Shown here: in pieces, positions 56,973 through 64,000 of the stretch
How positions within the stretch are numbered: position 1 is the stretch's first letter
Layout of the letters: each line of letters begins with the position of its first letter
Assembly (NCBI GenBank): GCA_016432325.1
Contig: CP066684.1
Location: 1-64,000, forward strand
Source: Candidatus Aenigmatarchaeota archaeon
GTDB taxonomy: Archaea; Aenigmatarchaeota; Aenigmatarchaeia; PWEA01; JACQIF01
Reading direction: 5' to 3'
DNA: 64,000 bases
Notes under the pieces: generated by a model
Told to the model about the DNA's origin: nothing
The model's input: the letters and a program-made list of their open reading frames with translations, nothing else
Database searches by the model: none
Program-made: the position numbers and the translations under genes

Positions 56973-57911
56973 ATGGTCTACCAATCCATCGCGCTTCTGC
57001 TCGGCGGTCTCGTCATAATGTTCTTCTCCAGCAAGTGGGCGATACGCTACGCCATAGGAATCTCCGAGTCGCTTGCGCTGGGCCGCTTCGCCGTCGGCTT
57101 CATTTTCATAGCCATGACGACGACGTTCCCGGAACTGGTCGTTTCCATATCGTCCACGCTTCACGGCGAACCCGGGCTCGCCGTAGGAAATGCCCTCGGT
57201 TCGGTTTTAGCCAATCTGACGCTGATACTTGGAGTGGCCGTGCTGGTGGGTGGAACAATGAGACTCAGGAAGGATCATATAGGAGACCAGATAGAGGTGC
57301 TCTTCGTCTCGGCCCTCGTCTCAATTTTCCTCCTGCAGGCAGGCTCCCTGAGCATCCTCCAGGGCCTCATACTCCTCGTCCTCTTCGCCTTCTTCGTCAA
57401 CAAAGTGCGCCGCGGAGGGATTCCGATGAAGGCCAAGCCGGACATACTCGTTTTCTTCGGCCACTTCGCGCGGTTCATAGCGTCTGTCGCCGTCCTCCTG
57501 ATAAGCAGCGAAATGATAGTTCGCGGCTCGATTCAGATGGTTGAGGCGTACGCTTTCGCGCCGGAGTTCATAGGCCTCACGATAATCGCGGTAGGCACGT
57601 CGATGCCCGAGCTTGCCGTAGGCATACGCGCCATTCATTCGAAGGAGTATGCCCTCGCTCTGGGCGACCTTGTAGGCGCTTCGGTGATCGACCTCACTCT
57701 AATCATGGGAATAGTGGCGCTCCTCAATCCAGTGCCGGTCAACCTCGCGCACGTGAGCGGAGTCATGCCGTTCATACTGGCGGCTATATTGGCAAACTGG
57801 TATTTCCTCAGCAAGAGAATCAACATCACAAGGAAGATTGCCTTCCTGCTGGTCTGTCTTTTCTTGCTATTTCTCCTCGAGCAGATAGGAATCTTAACGC
57901 TCTTCGGATGA
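56973..57911 (+). CDS. Na+/Ca2+ antiporter (CaCA/YrbG)
   Basis: Two alpha repeats: TTFPEL...GNALGS and GTSMPEL...GDLVGA. Confidence 0.92.
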   Translation: MVYQSIALLLGGLVIMFFSSKWAIRYAIGISESLALGRFAVGFIFIAMTTTFPELVVSISSTLHGEPGLAVGNALGSVLANLTLILGVAVLVGGTMRLRKDHIGDQIEVLFVSALVSIFLLQAGSLSILQGLILLVLFAFFVNKVRRGGIPMKAKPDILVFFGHFARFIASVAVLLISSEMIVRGSIQMVEAYAFAPEFIGLTIIAVGTSMPELAVGIRAIHSKEYALALGDLVGASVIDLTLIMGIVALLNPVPVNLAHVSGVMPFILAAILANWYFLSKRINITRKIAFLLVCLFLLFLLEQIGILTLFG

Positions 57912-57915
57912 TACC

Positions 57916-58887
57916 ATGCGCATATTAATCGAGACGACGGGTTTGCACAAGGAGATGCCTTCTGCGGAAGTTCTGGCCGTGGGCGGCGGCATCCCCATAG
58001 AGGAAAGAGGCAAGCTGTTTGTCGTTGACGTTACGCAGTGGGAGCCTTTGAAGAGACTGGGTTACTCGGCGCGAATAATGGAGTTCTTGGGGAAGTCCGC
58101 GTTCAACGAGCTGCCGTTCGCTCCTCAACACGTCGTGGAAGGACGTTACGCCATACGTGCGCTCAACGCCGGTTTCAAGGGAAACACGGAGGCCTTGCGG
58201 GAGTCCCTGTACGAACTGGTATGGTCGTCTTTGTCCGCGCCGCAAGTGGATTTGAAGAACCCGCAAACGGTTCTGTACGCGTACATGACGCCGAAGGAAG
58301 TCTGGTGGGGCCGCCTTCTTCACGAGTTCGGTGCCGATGCGTTCGCACAGCGCGACTCGAAACACCGCGTGTTCAAACGCGCGGTTGAGATGCAGCCTCG
58401 CAAGGCGCGTTGTTTAGTCAACCTGTCCCGCGTGCAGCCCGGCGAACGAATGCTCGACCCGTTCTGCGGTACGGGCTCCTTTTTAATCGAGGCCGCTTCC
58501 ATGGGCGTCCAGGCGTACGGCGGCGACGTGGACGGAGAGATGGTCTCCGGAGCCAAGCGTAACGCCGCGCACCTCGGTCTCGCCGCTGACGTCCGCCACA
58601 TCGATGGCCGCCTGACCAGCGGCTGGGGAGTGAAGTTCGACGCGATAGTGACGGACCTGCCTTACGGCCGCTCTGCCTCTCTCAAAAAGGTAAAGATGGC
58701 CGAACTCTACAAAGATTTTCTCGAGTCGGCGTGGGGCGTTCTCGGACCCGACAAGTACGCGGTCGTGCTGGCGCCTAAAGGAAAACTGAAGGTGCCGCCG
58801 AAGCTGTTCGCAAAGGTAAGCGCCTTCGACGAGTATGTGCACGGTTCCCTGACTCGACAGATATTCGTCCTGCATAAGAAGGACTAG
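57916..58887 (+). CDS. tRNA m2G10 methyltransferase (Trm11/TrmG10-like)
   Basis: THUMP-like region, LDPFCGTGS, DAIVTDLPYG, VHGSLTR. Confidence 0.88.
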   Translation: MRILIETTGLHKEMPSAEVLAVGGGIPIEERGKLFVVDVTQWEPLKRLGYSARIMEFLGKSAFNELPFAPQHVVEGRYAIRALNAGFKGNTEALRESLYELVWSSLSAPQVDLKNPQTVLYAYMTPKEVWWGRLLHEFGADAFAQRDSKHRVFKRAVEMQPRKARCLVNLSRVQPGERMLDPFCGTGSFLIEAASMGVQAYGGDVDGEMVSGAKRNAAHLGLAADVRHIDGRLTSGWGVKFDAIVTDLPYGRSASLKKVKMAELYKDFLESAWGVLGPDKYAVVLAPKGKLKVPPKLFAKVSAFDEYVHGSLTRQIFVLHKKD

Positions 58888-59315
58888 TGCGTCGCTTCGT
58901 ACAGAACCACGGCCAGCGCGGCGACTTCCGAATGCGGCTGTTTCGTCACGGACACGTTCGCGTCGGCCAGCCCGTAGATTTCCCCCGGGACCTTCTCGCC
59001 GCCTACGACGATTAAGACGTTCTTCGCCTTCTTTATTTCGGCAATCTTCGTTTCAAACGGCTCTCCGTACATCGTCAGATGCACCTTCAAACCGTCAAAC
59101 CGTTCAACAACATTCCTCCAATCCTTTGCGTACGTCACGGAGAACTCGCCGCCGAACCCTTCTGACACCTTGCGCACCGATGACATCATCTTCTCGTCCT
59201 TGAGACCCGAGTAGACGACGGACGACGCGCCGAACGCTCGCGCCACGAGGCCGACGTGCGTGCTTATGCGCGAGTCACGGCCCGGACGGTGGCCGAGTCG
59301 CAAGACGGTTATCAT
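58884..59315 (-). CDS. trm56: tRNA C56 2'-O-methyltransferase (aTrm56)
   Basis: VLRLGHR..RD.R.STHV, VHLTMYG, VGGEKVP, QPHSEVAAL. Confidence 0.95.
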   Translation of the reverse strand: MITVLRLGHRPGRDSRISTHVGLVARAFGASSVVYSGLKDEKMMSSVRKVSEGFGGEFSVTYAKDWRNVVERFDGLKVHLTMYGEPFETKIAEIKKAKNVLIVVGGEKVPGEIYGLADANVSVTKQPHSEVAALAVVLYEATH

Positions 59316-59913
59316 TCGATCTAGCCTCCTTGTTTCTATAAACGACAAGAACGTCCTCCTCTGTTCCTCTGGCTCTTCGCGCCTTGTCGAACGGGCCTCT
59401 ACATATGGCTTCAAAAGGTTCCCCGTCATGAACAAACACATTCTCTACGTCATAACCTACCACGGTGACCGCGTGGCCAACGAATGTGCCTCGCGGAAGT
59501 ACACTGAGCATATCTGCGTCAATAGCCACGATGGGGACACTGTCCCGATTCGCGAAAGAAAGCACCTCGTCGAGACTCATTATTCTCTTTTCAATCTCTA
59601 TTTTGCGATCTTTCGCTAACCTAGCGAACTTCTGAATATCATGTGGCGGAAGTTCCTTATACCATTCCAAATCCAGATCATCGCGATTGAATTCGGAGTA
59701 TTTAGAGAGCAATCTCGGCGTGAACCCCATCTCGGCCGCCGCTATAGCTAGGCCTATCGTGTTGGTCAATTCGTCCGGTCCCATCTCGCCCGCGTTTCTG
59801 ATATAATTCTCGCTTACAATCTTCCCGAAATAAGCAGCAACCATCCTTAGCGCGTTTGAACCGCAATTCGATCCTCGTTCGTAGAAGGGAATGCTTAGCT
59901 TCATAGAGACCAT
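59275..59913 (-). CDS. Peptidase C39-like protein
   Basis: NCGSNALRM, GHAVTVVGY, VHD; lower GC; overlaps the trm56 start. Confidence 0.7.
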   Translation of the reverse strand: MVSMKLSIPFYERGSNCGSNALRMVAAYFGKIVSENYIRNAGEMGPDELTNTIGLAIAAAEMGFTPRLLSKYSEFNRDDLDLEWYKELPPHDIQKFARLAKDRKIEIEKRIMSLDEVLSFANRDSVPIVAIDADMLSVLPRGTFVGHAVTVVGYDVENVFVHDGEPFEAICRGPFDKARRARGTEEDVLVVYRNKEARSNDNRLATRPPSGP

Positions 59914-60016
59914 TTAAAGGATGGAAGTAACGTATTTAAATGTCGCACGTGACCAATAGCATACCAAATCTTCAATAGGTTGGATGTAACCGGAAGATTA
60001 CGTCTTGGTGGGTCGC

Positions 60017-60340
60017 ATGTCGTCTAAAGCGCGGATTAAGCTGACGGGAAGGGATGTGCAGAAGCTCGACGAGCTCTGCAAGCAGATAAAGGACATCGCC
60101 GAGAAGTTTGGAGTTTCTGTCAAAGGCCCTGTTCCCATGCCAACAAAGCGCTTGCGCATTCCCGTTCTTAAAACTCCCAACGGTTCCGGTACGGGCCATG
60201 GCAATGCTACGTGGGACCACTGGGAGATGCGCATCCACAAGCGTCTGCTCGACGTCGGTGCGGACCAGCGCACGCTGCGATACATAATGAAAATAGAAAT
60301 CCCGGAAGACGTGAACATCCAGATACAGCTGATTGAGTAG
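60017..60340 (+). CDS. rps10: 30S ribosomal protein S10
   Basis: ARIKL, GPVPMPT, WEMRIHKR. Confidence 0.97.
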   Translation: MSSKARIKLTGRDVQKLDELCKQIKDIAEKFGVSVKGPVPMPTKRLRIPVLKTPNGSGTGHGNATWDHWEMRIHKRLLDVGADQRTLRYIMKIEIPEDVNIQIQLIE

Positions 60341-60381
60341 CACGTAACGGCCTATTTAACGTTTCTTCTCCAAGACTGCGC

Positions 60382-60732
60382 ATGGGCGTCCAAGTCGAGT
60401 TCAACACCGCTCTCGGCCTGAGAAATATTTCTGAATTCAAAATCAGCAGGAGAGTTCTGGAAGAGTGCATACCCGAGAGACTCGGCGCCGGAGAGACGTA
60501 CGCGTTCCTGAAAAAAGGCCAGAGAAACTACGCGATAGGAGACGAAATTCCTCTGGTCGAAACAGAAGGCGATAACAAGATATCACGGCCCCTCGCGAGC
60601 GTAGTAATCGAAGAGGCTGCGCACTTCCTAATCGACGGGAGCGTCCATACGAAAGGCACGTACAGGGTCGTCTCTGTATTCGATCCGAAGGACCCGGCCG
60701 TCCATTTCGAGGGCGTGAAGCGCGTACGATAA
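60382..60732 (+). CDS. Hypothetical protein
   Basis: 116-aa beta-rich ORF with own TATA-like box. Confidence 0.65.
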   Translation: MGVQVEFNTALGLRNISEFKISRRVLEECIPERLGAGETYAFLKKGQRNYAIGDEIPLVETEGDNKISRPLASVVIEEAAHFLIDGSVHTKGTYRVVSVFDPKDPAVHFEGVKRVR

Positions 60733-60784
60733 ACCTATTTAACATCTCGTTTTGCATCTCAGCCTGAGCTGGCTTTCAAAGAAC

Positions 60785-60969
60785 GCTGGGGTAGCCAAGC
60801 TTGGTTTACGGCGCCAGACTGGAAACCACACTTTTGCGAAAAGTGTGGGCAAAAACGACGAGCAAAAAACGGAAATCTGGTGGGCGCAAGCCCGCGCGAG
60901 TTCAAGCGCCTTTTTGCCGCGGCAAAAACCCGCGGGAAAACGGCCGAACGAATCTCGTCCCCAGCGCCA
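60785..60969 (+). tRNA. tRNA-Ser(GGA) with two introns: 37/38 (60825-60874) and 58/59 (60906-60951)
   Basis: 89-nt cloverleaf after removal; BHB helix GTTC:GAAC with bulges AA|G and GA|A; encoded CCA. Confidence 0.9.
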
Positions 60970-61053
60970 TTCAATATAACCGAGCGCTGGTACGAAACCG
61001 CAGTTTCGGCTTCCAGCGCCACGTATTTATCCTTTTGCGTGCGTACAGGAGAC

Positions 61054-61554
61054 ATGACGCAGCAGCTCATTTTAAAGAACAAGGAGACGCGTCTTATAGA
61101 CGCGCTGGTCCATAGAACGGCGTTTATCGGCGGAACAGAACGGGAAAATGATGTCAACACTGCGACCATGGCCTTTGCACGAGAGTACCATCCAGTGCTG
61201 AGGCAGCACTCCGAGGGGATTGCTCACCGGGTAGGCGGAGACCTTCTGGCCCACGTCGATAGAGAACAGCCCATGGACCTGTTCGGGATTCAGTACGAAG
61301 TCAAGACCAAAGGCGGCCTTCTGGGTTATCCGAAACGTATCTCCGAGTCATCCTTCAATTACTGGTGGAACCCGGAGGACGCCGGCGTCGTAGTAGTCTG
61401 CGCGTACACCCCGGAAGCGGTGAGGAGAATCGGTTTTGAGGGTCTCAAAGACATCGAGGCGGATTTCGGGAAGAAGTTCCCGAAGGCGTACAGTAGCCCG
61501 GTAATTAAATCCGCGTTAAGGGTGAGCACTCATTTCCGCAAGGCGCCGAAGTAG
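61054..61554 (+). CDS. Hypothetical protein
   Basis: MTQQL start preceded by AGGAG and a TTTAT box. Confidence 0.55.
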   Translation: MTQQLILKNKETRLIDALVHRTAFIGGTERENDVNTATMAFAREYHPVLRQHSEGIAHRVGGDLLAHVDREQPMDLFGIQYEVKTKGGLLGYPKRISESSFNYWWNPEDAGVVVVCAYTPEAVRRIGFEGLKDIEADFGKKFPKAYSSPVIKSALRVSTHFRKAPK

Positions 61555-61574
61555 CCTTTATATAGTTTGTTTTC

Positions 61575-61720
61575 TCACGAGAGGACGTCTCTCAACGCTT
61601 ACAGAACGTTGTAAACCTTCTGTAAAACCGTACAGCTTTCGTGCAAACGCGCGAAAGAATGCCGCTGGTCTTACAGCGCGCTGTAAGACAGCAAACGAAA
61701 GTTTGCTAATTCTACGTGAC
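61575..61720. other. Multi-hairpin structured intergenic element (candidate ncRNA or palindrome cluster)
   Basis: Six hairpins enclosed by TCACG/CGTGA, including the 22-bp perfect palindrome GTCTTACAGCGCGCTGTAAGAC. Confidence 0.55.
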
Positions 61721-61841
61721 GAGCCCGAAAAAGGCGTTTAAATAGGCTTCGGACAAGGTAAACCCAGCAGAGTTTGCGGTTGCAAACTTGGTGATACGCC
61801 TTGATGGACCTATTTCAGGTCGTTAATAGGGTGAATAGAAA

Positions 61842-62825
61842 ATGCCGAAAGTACACAGACCACGCAGAGGTTCGCTCCAGTATTGGCCTCGCAAGAGAGC
61901 CGCACGCATCCATCCTAACGTTTCCATAGATTCTGCGAAAGTCACGGTCGAAGGCACTCGTCCTCTCGCTTTTGCGGCTTACAAGGCCGGCATGACCCAT
62001 CTCATCGCGGTCGACGCGGTGAAGGGGTCGCCGAGCTTCAACCAGCCCATCGCCGTGCCGGTCTCTGTTCTCGACGCCCCTCCTCTTCTCGTTCTCGGTT
62101 TCCGTTGTTACGCCGCCTCCGGACGCTCTTCTGTCGCATCGTTTGACGTCTATGCGGACGGCGTTCCGAAAGAACTGCGCGTCAGTCTCAAGTCGAAGCA
62201 CAAGGCGGCCGACGTGGAAAAGAACAAGAACGTCGACAACGTGAGGCTCATCGTATCCACGCAGCCGACGAAGAGCGGAATCGCGAAGAAGACCCCTGAA
62301 ATATTCGAAGTCGACATAGGAGGCAAACTCGGCGAAAAGATAAAGTACGCCAGCGAAAAGCTCGGCAAGGAGATAACGGTCGGCGAGGTTTTCAACGAGG
62401 GACAGTTCATCGACGTCACTGCGATAACGAAGGGCAAGGGTTTCCAGGGAGTTGTCAAGCGCTTCGGCATCCGCGTCCGCGGCCGCAAGGACGAGCAGGG
62501 CCACAGGAAGATAGGCATCCACGGCCCTGAGCGCATGGGACGCATACTCTACAGCGTTCCGATGGCAGGACAGCTTGGGTTCTTCAGGCGCACCGAACAC
62601 AACAAGCAGATATTCAGGATATCAAGCGACGGCTTCTCTCCGAAAGGCGGCTTCGTCGGCTACGGCGCGGTCCCCAAAACAATGATATTCCTCAAAGGCT
62701 CCATTCCGGGCTCCAAGAAGAGGCTAGTCGTTCTGCGCGCCCCTCTCAGGGCCTCATCGAAAGGATACCCGATCGCAATACAGGAAGTCAGCGTTGCGAG
62801 CCAGCAGGGCATGAAGACTCGGTGA
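61842..62825 (+). CDS. rpl3: 50S ribosomal protein L3
   Basis: PRRGSL..WPRKRA, YKAGMTH, TKGKGFQG, AGQLG. Confidence 0.98.
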   Translation: MPKVHRPRRGSLQYWPRKRAARIHPNVSIDSAKVTVEGTRPLAFAAYKAGMTHLIAVDAVKGSPSFNQPIAVPVSVLDAPPLLVLGFRCYAASGRSSVASFDVYADGVPKELRVSLKSKHKAADVEKNKNVDNVRLIVSTQPTKSGIAKKTPEIFEVDIGGKLGEKIKYASEKLGKEITVGEVFNEGQFIDVTAITKGKGFQGVVKRFGIRVRGRKDEQGHRKIGIHGPERMGRILYSVPMAGQLGFFRRTEHNKQIFRISSDGFSPKGGFVGYGAVPKTMIFLKGSIPGSKKRLVVLRAPLRASSKGYPIAIQEVSVASQQGMKTR

Positions 62826-62829
62826 TTGA

Positions 62830-63630
62830 ATGGCGGATGTTCACGGACTCGACGGGAAGAAAACGGGCACGATCGAATTGCCCAAGGTCTTCCAGACGCC
62901 GTACAGGCCGGACCTGATAGCGCGCGCCGTGCTGGCGTACCAGTCCGCGCGCAGGCAGGCGTACGGCACGGACCCGAAGGCAGGCATGCGCTCAAGCGCC
63001 CACTACCACGGTTACAGGAAGTTCCGCCCTGAAGTTGTGATGATGAACAGGGAGATGGCCCGTCTGCCGCGCATCCACGGCGACGCGCCGGCGCACCTCG
63101 GAATGCGCGCGCGTCTCGTTTCAGGAGCAGTCGGCGGTCGCACGGTCCACGGCCCCCGCTCGGCGCGGATCTGGACACAGAAGCTGAACGTACGCGAGCG
63201 CATAGCCGCGATAAGGAGCGCGATAGCAGCCACAACGCGGGCCGACCTGGTGGCGGCGAGACGCCACGCATATACGGGCAGCGTTCCTCTGGTCGTTGCA
63301 GACGACATCCAGAACGTCAAGAAGACCAAGGAGCTCGTCAAGACTCTGCTCGCCTTGGGACTCGAAAAAGAAATAGAACGCACTTCGGAGAAGCGCGTGA
63401 GAGCCGGCCGCGGCAAGATGCGCGGCCGCAGGTACAAGGTCAGGAAGGGACCGTTGCTCGTCGTTTCAAAAGACGGCGGAATCGTCAAAGCCGCCGCAGG
63501 CGTGCTGGGCATGGACGTGGCTCACGTTCGCGGTCTTAACGCCGAGCTTCTGGCTCCGGGAACGCAGAGCGGACGATTGACCATCTGGAGCAAGTCGGCG
63601 GTCGAAGAGATTGGAAAAAAATACGCGTGA
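62830..63630 (+). CDS. rpl4: 50S ribosomal protein L4
   Basis: RPDLI.RA, GTDPKAG, RAGRGKMRGR, LAPG...GRL. Confidence 0.98.
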   Translation: MADVHGLDGKKTGTIELPKVFQTPYRPDLIARAVLAYQSARRQAYGTDPKAGMRSSAHYHGYRKFRPEVVMMNREMARLPRIHGDAPAHLGMRARLVSGAVGGRTVHGPRSARIWTQKLNVRERIAAIRSAIAATTRADLVAARRHAYTGSVPLVVADDIQNVKKTKELVKTLLALGLEKEIERTSEKRVRAGRGKMRGRRYKVRKGPLLVVSKDGGIVKAAAGVLGMDVAHVRGLNAELLAPGTQSGRLTIWSKSAVEEIGKKYA

Positions 63631-63635
63631 TTGTT

Positions 63636-64000
63636 ATGAGTGAAGAAAAGACGGTCAAGACGGCGACAAAAGCGGTAAAAAAGGCCGCTCCGAAGAAAGA
63701 CGCAAAGGTGAAACCGAAGGCCGGAGCGCGCACGGACGCCGTTCCCACGGTAGACCCGTGGACGATACTGCAGTATCCCCATCTGACAGAAAAAAGCCTC
63801 GGAATGGTCGACAGCAGGAATACGCTTGTGTTCGTCGTCGATCCGCGCGTGACGAAGCGACAGGTCAGGTGGGCAGTCGAGCGCGCATTCGGTGTGCGTG
63901 TCGTCTCGGTCAACACTCTGAACGACATGATGAACAGGAAGCGCGCGTTTGTCAAACTCGCCAAGGAGAACAGCGCGCTTGACATCGCGACAAGATTGGG
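63636..64000 (+). CDS. rpl23: 50S ribosomal protein L23 with Lys/Ala-rich N-extension (3' truncated by window)
   Basis: PHLTEKS...NTLVFVVD...K.QV..AVE...VNTL...KRAFVKL...A.DIATRLG. Confidence 0.93.
   Translation, partial: MSEEKTVKTATKAVKKAAPKKDAKVKPKAGARTDAVPTVDPWTILQYPHLTEKSLGMVDSRNTLVFVVDPRVTKRQVRWAVERAFGVRVVSVNTLNDMMNRKRAFVKLAKENSALDIATRL

Noticed and set aside
1-64000. CRISPR array or cas operon
   Set aside because: No regularly spaced repeat-spacer array; direct repeats occur only as pairs; no Cas1 or effector genes recognised
1-64000. Autonomous mobile element driving the palindromes
   Set aside because: No transposase, integrase, reverse transcriptase or HUH ORF recognisable in this window; any driver must lie elsewhere

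Overview
Chromosomal segment of a GC-rich DPANN-type archaeon; an Aenigmarchaeota-like affinity is my inference from gene content. It is mostly core information-processing genes: RNA polymerase operons, S13-S4-S11-rpoD-L18e-L13-S9-rpoN, S6e-aIF2γ, S10, L3-L4-L23, PolB, Cdc48, RadB, AspRS, CCA enzyme, an unlinked 5S rRNA and six tRNAs. It also carries a glmS-yvcK-nucleotidyltransferase operon, surface proteins and scattered ORFans. Five things stand out. (1) All six tRNA genes carry introns (13 in total, three genes with three each), and one structured intron recurs at different positions in different tRNAs. (2) The tRNA-Leu gene has two tandem 7-nt anticodon micro-exons (TAG and CAG), each with its own BHB-like splice geometry, a candidate for mutually exclusive cis-splicing giving two isoacceptors from one gene. 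(3) RNA polymerase B' and A' are fused into one 1438-aa chain. (4) A family of small palindromic elements lies in spacers, often between direct repeats, and in-frame inside PolB and a DUF1405-like gene. (5) A full-length pyrophosphatase homologue has lost nearly all catalytic residues. All family assignments come from motif recognition by eye, with no database searches; several starts were moved from the ORF track to the more plausible codon.
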